Positions 8,274 through 19,451 of a stretch of DNA of 64,000 bases are shown in pieces. The notes beneath the pieces are model-generated. The model was not told the origin of the DNA. It saw only the letters and a program-made list of their open reading frames with translations, and did not search any database. The number at the start of each line of letters is the position of its first letter. Position 1 is the stretch's first letter. Source of the DNA: Polyangiales bacterium (GTDB taxonomy: Bacteria; Myxococcota_A; Polyangia; Polyangiales; Polyangiaceae); assembly GCA_038230375.1 (NCBI GenBank), contig JBBRNJ010000003.1, forward strand, positions 128,001 through 192,000, in the 5' to 3' direction. Both the position numbers and the translations under genes were made by a program.

Positions 8274-9568
8274 AGAAGCTTTCCTCATTCCTTCTGGTCG
8301 CTGGTCTTTCGCTCTGCGCAGCAACCACGTTCGCGAACGTGAAGACCGCGGGTGACTGGCCCAAGGACGACAAGCCCGTCACCGTGAAGATCGACGCGCC
8401 GCGCGCGGAGGCGGTGAAGCAGCTCGCAGAGGCCGCAGGCTGGAACATCGTGGTCCCGGACAAGCTCGGCGGAGGAACGGAGGCGCTGCACGTCGCGGTG
8501 AAGGACGAATCGCCGCTCGCCGTGCTCGAGGCCCTGCTGGAGTCAGGCGACTTCACTGCGACGCGCCACGGCAAGCTCGTCGTCGTGTCAGAGACGAAGA
8601 ACGTGCACGCCGCCCCCGCTCCGACCACCGACGGCGCCGCCGAGGAGCCCACGGAGGCGACCGCGCCGATCGCGCCCGTTCCGCCTGCGACGGGCGAGGA
8701 CAGGAGCGTGATGGGCGGCAACGCCGTCGTCGGCCGCGACGAGCGCGTGCACGACGTGAGCGTGATGGGCGGCAACCTGGACATCTTCGGCACCGTCACA
8801 GGCGACGTGAGCGTCGTGGGCGGTCACGCCACCATCAAGAACGGCGCGCACGTGATGGGCGATGCAGTCGCCGTCGGCGGGGCGCTCGACGTGGACAAGG
8901 GCGCAAGCGTGGACGGTGACGTTGGCGTTGTCGGCGGCGTGCTCCAGCGCCACGAGGGCGCGATCATCCGCGGCAAGACAGTGTCGAGCGGCGGGAAGTT
9001 CGCGGTGAGCGACGAGGACGACAAGAACGACGCGGACGAAGGCCCCATCGGCGGCAAGGCGAAGATCCGCCACAAGATGTCCGACGCCGGCTCCGCCGTC
9101 ACGCGCGCCGCGATGCTCTTCGTCTTCGGCGTCGTGCTCCTCTCGTTCTTCAAGAAGCGTCACGACGTGATGAAGCTCGATATCGTGCACAACCCGGTGA
9201 AGGGCTTCGCCATCGGCATCCTCGCGCTGTTCCTCTCCCTCGTCGCGAGCGTGGTCCTCTGCATCACCGTCATCGGCATCCCGCTCGTGGTGATTGGCTG
9301 GCTCTTCGCCGCGCTCTGCATCTACGGCGGCGTGGTGAGCGTGCTCACGCTGGTGGGCGAGCTGGTACTCCGCCACAAGACGCAGAACTCCTACGCGCAC
9401 CTGGTGATGGGCTGCTTCATCTACCTGGTGGTGGGTGCAATCCCGGTCGCGGGCGGCGTGGTCACCGCCATCCTCTTCTTCGTTGCCATCGGCGCCGTGT
9501 GGAGGACGCGTGCCGGCGGCATCTTCGCGAAGGAACCAAAGGGGGCGAGCGTCTCGGCGAAGGCCTGA
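8270..9568 (+). CDS. Membrane protein with STN-like domain, bactofilin-like beta-helix repeats and C-terminal TM bundle
   Basis: Signal peptide; EAVKQLAEAAGWNIVV; repeats GDVSVVGG / GDAVAVGG / GDVGVVGG; several C-terminal TM helices; ATGA overlap. Confidence 0.8.
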   Translation: MKKLSSFLLVAGLSLCAATTFANVKTAGDWPKDDKPVTVKIDAPRAEAVKQLAEAAGWNIVVPDKLGGGTEALHVAVKDESPLAVLEALLESGDFTATRHGKLVVVSETKNVHAAPAPTTDGAAEEPTEATAPIAPVPPATGEDRSVMGGNAVVGRDERVHDVSVMGGNLDIFGTVTGDVSVVGGHATIKNGAHVMGDAVAVGGALDVDKGASVDGDVGVVGGVLQRHEGAIIRGKTVSSGGKFAVSDEDDKNDADEGPIGGKAKIRHKMSDAGSAVTRAAMLFVFGVVLLSFFKKRHDVMKLDIVHNPVKGFAIGILALFLSLVASVVLCITVIGIPLVVIGWLFAALCIYGGVVSVLTLVGELVLRHKTQNSYAHLVMGCFIYLVVGAIPVAGGVVTAILFFVAIGAVWRTRAGGIFAKEPKGASVSAKA

Positions 9569-9656
9569 TCACCCGCGACCCTCGCGGACGCGGCCTCGAA
9601 CGTCGCGGCGTAGCGGGAGTCGCGCCGGCGAATTCGAACGGGACGAGGATCCAGGC

Positions 9657-10050
9657 CTAGATGAGCAGGAGCGCAGCTTCTTCACACTCAGGGAATCGAT
9701 CGGTCGCCGGCGTCACCTGGTAGCCGGGCAGCGCGTGCATGGAGTGGGCGCACGTTGACGTGTTCGAGGAACAACTCCAGAGCTCGCGTGGCGATCCCTC
9801 GTCCCCAGACCTCTCGCGCGAGCCAGTAACCAACTGCATCCTGTCCGTCCAGCTTGAAACAGCTGATATCGCCCACGACCTGTCCGACGAGAATCACTTT
9901 TGCGACGATGCTCGGGTCGGCGATGGTCTCCGCCAAATGCACGTTGAATACGTCTGCGTCGCGCGCATGGGCGACAGCCATGCGATTGGCCGGATCCATT
10001 TGTTGCTGAAACAGCACCCGAAGATCGCCGAGCTCGACGTCGCGTTGCAC
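9657..10050 (-). pseudogene. RimJ/RimL-type GNAT acetyltransferase, deleted and frameshifted
   Basis: VGYWLAREVWGRGIATRAL..RPLHARAAR, then the likely C-terminus GYQVTPATDRFPECEEAALLLI continues in another frame. Confidence 0.7.
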
Positions 10051-10074
10051 TCGTTCTGGCGGCAGTCGCTGGGC

Positions 10075-10761
10075 TCAGTCTTCGAAGCAGTAGACGCTGG
10101 TGACGGTGCCGGAGCTTGCACAATTGATCACACCGCTGCTCGCCCACATCATGCCCGGCGTCACGGCTCCTGTCCCCCCAAGAAGCCCGGCGTTCCCGTC
10201 CGTCCAATCCGTGCACGTCTGCGTGGGAATCGCTGCGGCGTCAGGCAGCGTTCCGGTGAATGCATAGGCTGTCGTGACCTTGCTTCCCGTTTCGTCGCGA
10301 TCGATAGCGATCGTCACGCCGCTCGCTGCGAGCTGCGACGGGCTGGTGGCGACCAGCGCGTTTGGGTCCGCAGCCTTCGTGATCGGATCGACGAGGAACC
10401 ATGGCCCTTGCCCGATCCCTGCGAGGGGGCTCGTGCCGTCTGCGCGGCCGAGCCACGGGGCGAATTGACCCTGGAGCGCGCTCGCTCCGGAGTTGCACAT
10501 CTTTAGGGCCGTCGCGCCCGTCGCGCCGCCGCTGGCCAGGAAGACGCGTTTCCGCCGCGAGGCGTCGGCGGCGTCCGCTCCGGTCGCTGCGTCCACGACC
10601 TGGCCCTCGCCGCCGTCAACGATTCCCACCATCGCCCCGTCGCCGCCGCCGCCGCCGTCAGGGGCGCCGACGTGCGCGGCATCCTGGTCCGAACCGGAGA
10701 AGGCAGAGCAGGCGGTGACGAGCGCAAACGCGAATCCGACGAGTGCCTTCCGGAACCGCAT
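10075..10761 (-). CDS. Lipoprotein with DUF1554/endostatin-like domain
   Basis: LVTAC lipobox; KRVFLAS..MCN..QFAPWL..GPWFLVD..AFTGT..TCTDWT..VYCFED pattern. Confidence 0.75.
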   Translation of the reverse strand: MRFRKALVGFAFALVTACSAFSGSDQDAAHVGAPDGGGGGDGAMVGIVDGGEGQVVDAATGADAADASRRKRVFLASGGATGATALKMCNSGASALQGQFAPWLGRADGTSPLAGIGQGPWFLVDPITKAADPNALVATSPSQLAASGVTIAIDRDETGSKVTTAYAFTGTLPDAAAIPTQTCTDWTDGNAGLLGGTGAVTPGMMWASSGVINCASSGTVTSVYCFED

Positions 10762-10847
10762 ACGACCAGGATATCCTGCAGCTGCGGGCGGGACAACCCG
10801 TCGTCGACTCCACAGTCCGAGAGCCACGGTGGTAGAGTGCGTGAACG

Positions 10848-12281
10848 ATGCTCGTTCGTGCGCCTGATGTCGTTCTGCCTTCCGAGAGCGCGGTGTCGCG
10901 CGCGAAGATCGAGCTCGAGCGCGCGCTGGGTCCGTCGCAGGTGGACACGTCGGAGGCCACGCGCGAGTCGTTCGCTCGCGACGAGAGCGAGGCCATCGGA
11001 AGGCTTCCGGATGCGGTCGTTCACGCCAGGACCGCAGGCGACGTCGCGAAGGTCCTCCGCATCGCGAACGAGTGTGGTGTGCCCGTCACGCCACGCTCCG
11101 GCGGCACGGGGCGCACGGGCGGCGCGGTGCCCGTGGCCGGAGGCATCGTGCTCTCCACGGCCACGCTCGCGCAGGTCTTGGAAGTGAACGCCGAGGAGCT
11201 CGTCGCCGTCGTGCAGCCGGGCGTGGTCACCGGCGAGCTGCACGAGCTGCTCGAGCGCGAAGGCCTCTTCTACCCACCCGATCCGAACAGCCTCAAGAAC
11301 TGCATGATCGGCGGCAACGTGGCGGAGAACGCTGGCGGCCCGCGGGCGTTCAAGTACGGCGTCACGCGCGAGTACGTGCTGGGCCTGGAGTCCGCGACCA
11401 TGAGCGGCGACCTCATCAGGAGCGGCAAGCGCACGGTGAAGGGCGTGACCGGCTACGACGTGACGGCGCTGCTCTGCGGCAGCGAGGGCACGCTCGCCGT
11501 CTTCACGGAGGTCACGCTCCGCCTTGTGCGCAAGCCACCCGAGGTCGCGACGGTGCTCGCGCTCTTCTCGTCCGCGGAGGCGGCGGCGCGAAGCGTGAGC
11601 GGCATCATCGCGGTGGGCCTGGTGCCGCGCTGCCTGGAGATGATGGATGCACGCACCCTCACGGCGATCCGCGCGCAGAAGGTCCCCGTGGACGCGCGCG
11701 CGAACGCGATGCTCCTCATCGAAGTGGACGGCGCCGAGGGCGAGACCCACGCCATGCTCGAGCGCCTCGGCGAGAACCTCACGGCGGCCGAAGGCATCAT
11801 CGACGTGGTGGTCGCGCAGGACGCAGCGCAGCGCGATCGCCTGTGGGAAGCGCGCCGCATGCTCTCGCCCGCCACGCGAAAGCTTGCAAAGTACAAGCTC
11901 TCGGAGGACGTGGTCGTGCCGCGTTCGCGCATCGCCGAGCTGCTCGTGCGCGTGGACGAGATCGGCGAACGAGAGAAGGTGATGCACCTCACCTACGGCC
12001 ACGCGGGCGACGGCAACCTGCACGTGAACTTCCTCTGGAACGACGACAGCGAGCGCGAGGCCATTGACCGCGCGCTCCTCTCGCTCATGAAGACCACGAT
12101 CGCGCTCGGCGGAACGCTCACAGGCGAGCACGGCATCGGCGTGCTGAAGGCGGACTACCTGCCGCTCGAGCAATCGCCGGAGCTCATCGCGCTCCAGAAG
12201 GACATCAAGCGGGTGTTCGACCCGAAGAACCTGCTGAACCCAGGCAAGATCTTCCCCACGCACGGCCACAAGGCGTGTTGA
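10848..12281 (+). CDS. glcD: FAD-linked oxidase, GlcD/D-2-hydroxyacid dehydrogenase family
   Basis: PRSGGTGRTGG, YPPDPNS, IGGNVAENAGG, GSEGTL, GHAGDGNLH, GEHGIG, LNPGKIF. Confidence 0.88.
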   Translation: MLVRAPDVVLPSESAVSRAKIELERALGPSQVDTSEATRESFARDESEAIGRLPDAVVHARTAGDVAKVLRIANECGVPVTPRSGGTGRTGGAVPVAGGIVLSTATLAQVLEVNAEELVAVVQPGVVTGELHELLEREGLFYPPDPNSLKNCMIGGNVAENAGGPRAFKYGVTREYVLGLESATMSGDLIRSGKRTVKGVTGYDVTALLCGSEGTLAVFTEVTLRLVRKPPEVATVLALFSSAEAAARSVSGIIAVGLVPRCLEMMDARTLTAIRAQKVPVDARANAMLLIEVDGAEGETHAMLERLGENLTAAEGIIDVVVAQDAAQRDRLWEARRMLSPATRKLAKYKLSEDVVVPRSRIAELLVRVDEIGEREKVMHLTYGHAGDGNLHVNFLWNDDSEREAIDRALLSLMKTTIALGGTLTGEHGIGVLKADYLPLEQSPELIALQKDIKRVFDPKNLLNPGKIFPTHGHKAC

Positions 12282-12318
12282 GGCAACGAAGAGCAAAGAC
12301 CGGCGAGGAGAAGTCGCG

Positions 12319-12855
12319 ATGAGCATGAAGTACGAGCGCGCGCTCGAGCTGTTTCGTTCACTGGGCGCCACCGACCCCGAGTGGCGAGCAAAGGCAGAGA
12401 CGAAGGATGGAGACGCGCAGCTTGCACGCTGGCTCTTCATGCAGGGCCTCTGGTCCAACGTCATGCCCGATGAGTACGAATGGCCTGGAAAATGGGCCGA
12501 TCTCGACGCGCCAGTCCCCGCGGCAACCAGGCGCATGCTCGCGAAGGGCATCGACCACAGCGACCTCACCACCGTCGTCCGCGACGCGCAGGTGAACCTG
12601 CTCTACAACGTCTGCCAGCTCCTCGACTCCTCGGGCCACGGCATCGAGCACCTGCAAGAGCAGATCGCGGAGAACGTCGAGTGGCGCCTCGTGGAGTTCC
12701 ACGGAGAGAAGCGAAAGACCGGCCGCCTGATAGAGGGCCTCCACGAAGGCTTCCACGAGTCAGATCCCACCGGGCGAAAGGGAGAGCCGCGAGGGGAAGG
12801 GTCGAAGTCGAAGCCGAAGTCGGGGTCGAAGTCGAAGTCGAAGTCGAAGTCGTAG
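12319..12855 (+). CDS. Hypothetical protein with Ser-Lys C-terminal tail
   Basis: Open 178-aa frame with AGGAG upstream; tail is encoded by a hexamer array. Confidence 0.7.
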   Translation: MSMKYERALELFRSLGATDPEWRAKAETKDGDAQLARWLFMQGLWSNVMPDEYEWPGKWADLDAPVPAATRRMLAKGIDHSDLTTVVRDAQVNLLYNVCQLLDSSGHGIEHLQEQIAENVEWRLVEFHGEKRKTGRLIEGLHEGFHESDPTGRKGEPRGEGSKSKPKSGSKSKSKSKS

Positions 12856-12857
12856 TC
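12798..12857 (+). repeat. Hexamer tandem array (GAAGTC), 10 units
   Basis: Encodes SKSKPKSGSKSKSKSKS; the stop codon lies in a variant unit GTAGTC. Confidence 0.9.
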
Positions 12858-12873
12858 CTCCTCCGCCTCCTCG

Positions 12874-13761
12874 CTACATCGGCTCTTTCAGATGCTCTCT
12901 CAGCGTTGTCGGCGGTGGAATGTTCGCGTCGCGAAAGGCTCTCGCCATGGCGTCCGTGCTTCCGTAGCCCACCATCTTCGCGACGTCCGCGATCGTCGCC
13001 TCGTCCGCGCTGAGGAGCAGCACCGCGAGCCGCAGTCGGATGTGCTTCGTCGCTGGTCGCCACCCGGCGCCCACGAGCCCGAAGGTCTCCACGAACGAGC
13101 GCACGTGGCGGTCGATCTGTCTTTCCGACATCCCGGTGTTCTGGCTCACCTCGCTCATGGAGGGCGCCAGATACAGACGCTCCGCCATGGGCCGCAGCGC
13201 GCGCCACAGCCGCGCGAACGTGGGCGAGCCCTGCTTCGTCGCGACCTCGACGAGTGACTCCGAGACCGTGCCGTCGGCGCCAAGCGCGCGCAACAGATCG
13301 TAGATCGGCGCGAGCAGCTCCTCATCCGACGTGTGCTTTGCGAGATCCACGGCGTCCTTCGCGGCCTGCCACGCGGCGTCCCCGAGCTTCACCTCGCCGA
13401 AGGGTACCTGCATGTCCTTCTCCACGAAGTGCAGCTCCAGCGCGCGGAACGTGGGCATGCCCTTCGCGCGGTACGGTGCGTCGCGCTTGCCGTGCGCGCC
13501 CTCGTACTCCTCCTCCGTGAGCAGGAATGCAGTGGGCGCGTTGAACGTGCGCTTCTTCCCGCCGAGCTCCACCCAGATGCCCTCGAGCAGCACGTAGAGG
13601 ATCGCGTTGCCCTTTGGAGCGCCATCCGGCGGCGGCACGAAGCGCGTGTCGAGCGTGAAGCCATCGCGCACCACGAGCACCGCCCAGAACCTGGTCGCGA
13701 ACGTCAGCGCCCAGCGCATGCTGGCAGCACCGATCTTCGTGGAACCACGCGCGACGAGCAT
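12874..13761 (-). CDS. AraC-family transcriptional regulator
   Basis: C-terminal TIADVAKMVGYGSTDAMARAFR helix-turn-helix; start may be 13719. Confidence 0.85.
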   Translation of the reverse strand: MLVARGSTKIGAASMRWALTFATRFWAVLVVRDGFTLDTRFVPPPDGAPKGNAILYVLLEGIWVELGGKKRTFNAPTAFLLTEEEYEGAHGKRDAPYRAKGMPTFRALELHFVEKDMQVPFGEVKLGDAAWQAAKDAVDLAKHTSDEELLAPIYDLLRALGADGTVSESLVEVATKQGSPTFARLWRALRPMAERLYLAPSMSEVSQNTGMSERQIDRHVRSFVETFGLVGAGWRPATKHIRLRLAVLLLSADEATIADVAKMVGYGSTDAMARAFRDANIPPPTTLREHLKEPM

Positions 13762-13847
13762 TTCCCGGGAACTCTACCCGACAACCTGCGCTCCGGGCAC
13801 GGCTCATTTGGTCTGACCCCAGGCTGACGAGCGCAAGAAATGGCGCT

Positions 13848-14693
13848 ATGGTCCGCGCCGTGGAAGGCGAGACCCAGACGAGGAAGCGTAAGAGCTTGCT
13901 CGGCGACAAACATCTCACGCCGCTCGAGCGCTTCCAGATCGGCTTCGTGCAGCGCAGCTTCGAGCCCGGGTCGGCGGACAGGACCATTCGCGTCCTGCAG
14001 CGGGTCATCGGGAGCACCTGGATCGACGTGTGCTCCCGTCGCGTGCGGCACATCATCGGTCGCGATCGACTGCCGGACCTGTCACCGCAAGACAGCGTCG
14101 TGCTGGTCTCGAACCACCGCAGCTTCTTCGATCTCTACGTCGTGGTCGGCTACCTGGTGAAGCACGGGCTCGCGCAGCGGATCATGTTCCCCGTGCGGTC
14201 CAAGTTCTTCTACGACCACCCCATGGGCATGATCGTGAACGGCGTGATGAGCTTCTTCGCGATGTACCCGCCGGTCTTCCGCGAACGTGAGCGCGCCGCG
14301 TTGAACATCGCCACCCTGGACGAGGTCGTGCGTCTGCTCGAACGCGGCGGCACCGTGGTCGGTCTGCATCCGGAAGGTCAGCGCAACAAGAGCGGCGATC
14401 CGTATGCGCTGCTCCCCGCGCAGACCGGCGTGGGTCGCATCATCCACGGCGCGAAGGTGAAGGTGGTCCCCATCTTCATCAACGGGCTCATCAACGACAT
14501 GCCCAAGCAGATCTACGGCAACCTCACCGGCACGGCGGATCCGATCGTGATCGCGTTCGGCAAGCCCGTGGACTTCAACGGCATGCTGCAAGAGCCGCCC
14601 AGCCCGCGCGTGTTCAGGCGCATCGCCGACCGGTGCATGGAAGAAGTGAAGACGCTGGGCGACGAAGAAAAAGCCTACCGCGCGAGTCTGTAG
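13848..14693 (+). CDS. Lysophospholipid (PlsC-type) acyltransferase
   Basis: NHRSFFD (HX4D) and HPEGQR motifs. Confidence 0.9.
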   Translation: MVRAVEGETQTRKRKSLLGDKHLTPLERFQIGFVQRSFEPGSADRTIRVLQRVIGSTWIDVCSRRVRHIIGRDRLPDLSPQDSVVLVSNHRSFFDLYVVVGYLVKHGLAQRIMFPVRSKFFYDHPMGMIVNGVMSFFAMYPPVFRERERAALNIATLDEVVRLLERGGTVVGLHPEGQRNKSGDPYALLPAQTGVGRIIHGAKVKVVPIFINGLINDMPKQIYGNLTGTADPIVIAFGKPVDFNGMLQEPPSPRVFRRIADRCMEEVKTLGDEEKAYRASL

Positions 14694-15442
14694 AGCGGAA
14701 CGAACGTGGCGCCCACGAACGCGGTGAACGAACGCGTGGAGGGAAAGTAGGACGCGTCTCCGCCCACGTCGAAGATGAGCCACGGCTCGGGACTGTGAGT
14801 GAAAGCGAACAACAGCCCTGCGTCCATTGGCGTGCGCGGGGCTGCGTCAGAGAAGCCGTAGCTCTCGAGCATGACCCCGAAGTGCTGCGTGAGCGCGGCG
14901 CTTGCGGCGAGCGCGATCATGCCCTGCATCGCAACCTCTGCGTCGAGCGAGAGCGCGTTGGCGCCCACGTTGAGGTCCAGATGGATGGGACCCACGTCCT
15001 TCGTCACGTAGCCGGTGAAGAACGCGTCGTATGCGCGCGTGTACCCGAGCGCGCGAAAGGTCGGGACGCCGAAGCCAGCGGACATGGCGATCGCAGGCAT
15101 CCTCTCCGACTGGTCCACGACGTGCAGCTTCAGCGTGCCGATCATGTTGTCCAGGTACGTGGAGCGCACGTCGGTGCGAACGGCGCTCAACATGTTGCCA
15201 CCCAGCTGTACCTGCAATGCATGCGACACGGAGTACTTCGCCAGCAGGGGCGTGGTCAGCGCAAATCCCGTCTGCGTCCGCTTGCTTGCCACGCCCGATT
15301 CGATCTCGAGATCGCCCGCAGGGACAAGATCCGCCGTGCACGCGATCGTGGGGCGACAAGGGAGAGCATGCTCCTCGTTCGCGCGCGCGCCGGCGGGAAA
15401 GAGGAGGAGAAGGGAGAGGGCGAGGGGAGAGGGACGGGGCAA
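14675..15442 (-). CDS. Putative outer-membrane beta-barrel (phenol-degradation MetA-pathway 'transporter'-like)
   Basis: Signal peptide ending AGARA; RPTIACTADLVPAGDLEIESG; alternating strands; TTG start uncertain. Confidence 0.7.
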   Translation of the reverse strand: MPRPSPLALSLLLLFPAGARANEEHALPCRPTIACTADLVPAGDLEIESGVASKRTQTGFALTTPLLAKYSVSHALQVQLGGNMLSAVRTDVRSTYLDNMIGTLKLHVVDQSERMPAIAMSAGFGVPTFRALGYTRAYDAFFTGYVTKDVGPIHLDLNVGANALSLDAEVAMQGMIALAASAALTQHFGVMLESYGFSDAAPRTPMDAGLLFAFTHSPEPWLIFDVGGDASYFPSTRSFTAFVGATFVPLYRLAR

Positions 15443-15460
15443 AGGGGAAAGGGTAGGGGT

Positions 15461-15624
15461 GAGGTTGAAGTCGATTTCGAGGTCGGGGGTTGAGGTCGAG
15501 GTCGAGGTCGAGGTCGAAGTCGAAGTCGAGGTCGAAGTCGAAGTCGTCGTCGTCGTCGTCGAGGTCGAGGTCGAAGTCGAAGGCGAGGTCGAAGTCGCGG
15601 TCGCGGTCGTCGCTGTCGCTGTCG
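15461..15624 (+). repeat. Hexamer tandem array (GARGTC, degenerate), intergenic
   Basis: GAGGTC/GAAGTC units with GTC, GCGGTC and GCTGTC variants. Confidence 0.92.
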
Positions 15625-15897
15625 TCAGATCGCGTGCAGCTCCGTCCCCTGCGGGATCTCCTCCGGCTTCACGCCGAGTATCCGGTACATCGCGTACGTG
15701 CCTCCCTTTCCCTGGATGTGCGCGACATCCATCGACGCTGTGACGGTGCGCTCCGTCCCGTCCGGCAGCTTCATCCTGAGCTGGAATTCACCGCGGATCG
15801 GCGTGGCGACGGTGACGCGCGGCATGACGAGCACGCCCTTGCCGTTCGCGATGAATGCGTCGGCGACGACCACGAGCGGAGTGTCTGCGTCGGTCAT
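15625..15897 (-). CDS. Small hypothetical protein (90 aa)
   Basis: MTDADTPLVVVADAF...; GGAGG RBS; ATGA overlap with the upstream stop. Confidence 0.7.
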   Translation of the reverse strand: MTDADTPLVVVADAFIANGKGVLVMPRVTVATPIRGEFQLRMKLPDGTERTVTASMDVAHIQGKGGTYAMYRILGVKPEEIPQGTELHAI

Positions 15898-16574
15898 GGG
15901 CCGCCCTCCTTTGGCGCGTCCGGGTCGGATCCCGCAAGCGTGAACGGATAGATCACCGTGACGGAGCCCCCGTGCGGCGGTGGCGCGAAGGCCATCGACA
16001 TCATCGACTCGCGGAAGCACGTCTCTAGCTTTTCGTCCGGCAGCGTCCCTGCATCCCGGTCGATGGTCGCGTCCTCCACGATGCCGCCGACCTTCTCGTC
16101 TCCGACGATCTTCATCTTCACGACGATCTTGCCCGCGGCCTTTGGAGCGCGCGCGAGCAGCTCGTTGTAGCAACCCTTCGCCATGGGCAAGAAGTCCTCC
16201 TTCACGCGCTGGCGGAGGTAGTCCGCATCGATCTTGCCGTCCGCGCGCTCCGGCATGGGCGCATAGCGCCGGTCGCGGGTCGGGGGCTCTGCGGGGTCGG
16301 ATGCAGCGCCTCCGTTCGTCCACGCCTCCACGATGCGTCGGCGCATCTCCTCGCGCAGCTTCGCGTCGCGGACCGTCTTCTGGGTAAGCGCACCCGAGGA
16401 CGCCGAGGCTGCTGGTGACGTCCCAACGCTCACGGAACTGGCGCGCGCCGGATCGGTGCTGGCCGACGGCGCGGTTTTGGTGGTGGTCGCGTCACTCCCG
16501 GACCCGAGCTTCCACAAGAGAACGCCCACGAGCGCCAGCACGAGAGCGCCTACGATCGCGTGGCGCGCGCGCAC
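15894..16574 (-). CDS. AgmX/PglI C-terminal (TonB-C-like) domain protein
   Basis: N-terminal TM; KGCYNELLARAPKAAGKIVVKMKI..LETCFRESM..FAPPPHGGSVTVIYPF. Confidence 0.82.
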   Translation of the reverse strand: MRARHAIVGALVLALVGVLLWKLGSGSDATTTKTAPSASTDPARASSVSVGTSPAASASSGALTQKTVRDAKLREEMRRRIVEAWTNGGAASDPAEPPTRDRRYAPMPERADGKIDADYLRQRVKEDFLPMAKGCYNELLARAPKAAGKIVVKMKIVGDEKVGGIVEDATIDRDAGTLPDEKLETCFRESMMSMAFAPPPHGGSVTVIYPFTLAGSDPDAPKEGGP

Positions 16575-16575
16575 G

Positions 16576-17982
<1,407 letters not shown>

Positions 17983-18049
17983 CGACCACCTTCTATACTC
18001 GATTGGCCTTTGAAAATCGCCGAGGGAACGATCGAGCGCGGAAAACGCC

Positions 18050-19438
18050 CTACTTCTTCGCGAACGACGCCATGAAGTAGCCGTCCGTCCCATGCAGGGC
18101 GGGCGTGAGACGTAGCTGGGTCTGACCCGCGAGAACGTCAAGGGGGGCGTCGAAGGGCGCGGGCGTGAGTGACGTGTCACGCGCGAGCACCGCCGAGACC
18201 ACGTCCTCTGCTTCTTCCTTGAGCACGCTGCACACCGCGAACACCAGGCGTCCACCAGGCACCAGCAAACTGGATGCATTCTGCACGATCTTCGTCTGCA
18301 GCTCCGCCAGCTCCGCGATGCTCTCCTCCGCACGCGCGCGGAAGATGTCCGGACGTCGGCGCAGCGTCCCCGTGCCGGAGCACGGCGCGTCCACCATGAT
18401 GCGATCGTACGGGCCCTTGATGGCGCCGGTCCCGCGCGACAGATCCGCCGCGAAGGTGGCGCGCGGCGCACGACCCAGCTTTGCGAGCTCCTCACGCAGC
18501 CGGTCCAGCTTCTGCGGGTGCACGTCCGACGCATCGACGGCGCCCGTGGCTCCAGCCTGCGTGACGAAGAGCCCCGTCTTGTTGCCACGTCCAGCGCATG
18601 CATCCAGTACCCGATCGCCGTCGCGCACGCCGAGCGCGAGCCCCACCACCTGCGCGCCCTCTTCCTGGACCTGGAGGCTCGCGCCCGCGGAGCGAACCAG
18701 AGCGTCCATCGAAGCGAGCAGCTTGTGCACGGACCCCGCACCGGTCGCCAGGATGGCTCGCGGCGACATGCGCCCCAGCGTGAAGACGGCGTGGCTCGCT
18801 GCCTCCCCGTCGTCGCGCGGCGCGTTGGCTGCAGCGGCCTCGAGCTCTCTTCTGATCGCCTCGCGGTCGCCATTGTCGACGCGCAGGCCCAGCGGCGGCG
18901 CATGCCGTGTGTCCGCGATGAAGACGCGCGCGCCCTCGTCGCCCAGCGTGCGGACGAGCGACGCACGGAGCCATGACGGAGCGCTCTCCCATGCGGCACG
19001 ATCCAGGGCCTTTGCATCCGCCTTCCCCTCCGCGGCCAGCTTGCGGAGCAACGCGTTCGCAAAGCCCGACACGCGCTCGCCGCGCCTTGCTCGCAGCGTC
19101 GACACGGCCTCGTTCACGGAGGCGAAGGCCGGCACGCGCTCCAAGACCGTGAGTTCGTACGCGGAGACCAGCAGCGGACCCATCAGCTCCGAGTCCTTGG
19201 TCTTCAGCCCGCGCGGCGCGTGAACCGCCAGGCGCGACTCCAGCCATGGCCGCAGCCGCAGGACGCCATAGAGGAGCTCCGTTGCAAGCGCGCGATCACG
19301 CGCGCCCAGCTGCACATGGCGCGACAGCTCAGCATCGAGCGCCGCAGCCGCGAACGCCTGGTCCTTGTCCACCCGCAGCAGGACCTTCGCGGCGATGCTA
19401 CGGGCCGTCGGCGCGCTTGCCGTCACTCGCGTGGTCAC
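18050..19438 (-). CDS. rsmB: 16S rRNA m5C967 methyltransferase RsmB/Sun (NusB-like N-terminus)
   Basis: DRALATELLYGVLR, VQEEGAQ, LDACAGRGNKT, VDAPCSGTG, FAVCS, TDGYFMA. Confidence 0.9.
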   Translation of the reverse strand: MTTRVTASAPTARSIAAKVLLRVDKDQAFAAAALDAELSRHVQLGARDRALATELLYGVLRLRPWLESRLAVHAPRGLKTKDSELMGPLLVSAYELTVLERVPAFASVNEAVSTLRARRGERVSGFANALLRKLAAEGKADAKALDRAAWESAPSWLRASLVRTLGDEGARVFIADTRHAPPLGLRVDNGDREAIRRELEAAAANAPRDDGEAASHAVFTLGRMSPRAILATGAGSVHKLLASMDALVRSAGASLQVQEEGAQVVGLALGVRDGDRVLDACAGRGNKTGLFVTQAGATGAVDASDVHPQKLDRLREELAKLGRAPRATFAADLSRGTGAIKGPYDRIMVDAPCSGTGTLRRRPDIFRARAEESIAELAELQTKIVQNASSLLVPGGRLVFAVCSVLKEEAEDVVSAVLARDTSLTPAPFDAPLDVLAGQTQLRLTPALHGTDGYFMASFAKK

Positions 19439-19451
19439 TCGCCCAGCCGCT

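Noticed and set aside
10503..12572. 689-aa minus-strand ORF
   Set aside because: Antisense shadow of the GlcD-like gene, as expected from high-GC codon bias
17983..19062. Long N-terminal extension of E2 in the ORF track
   Set aside because: Overlaps rsmB in another frame; the lipoyl domain and RBS place the start at 17982
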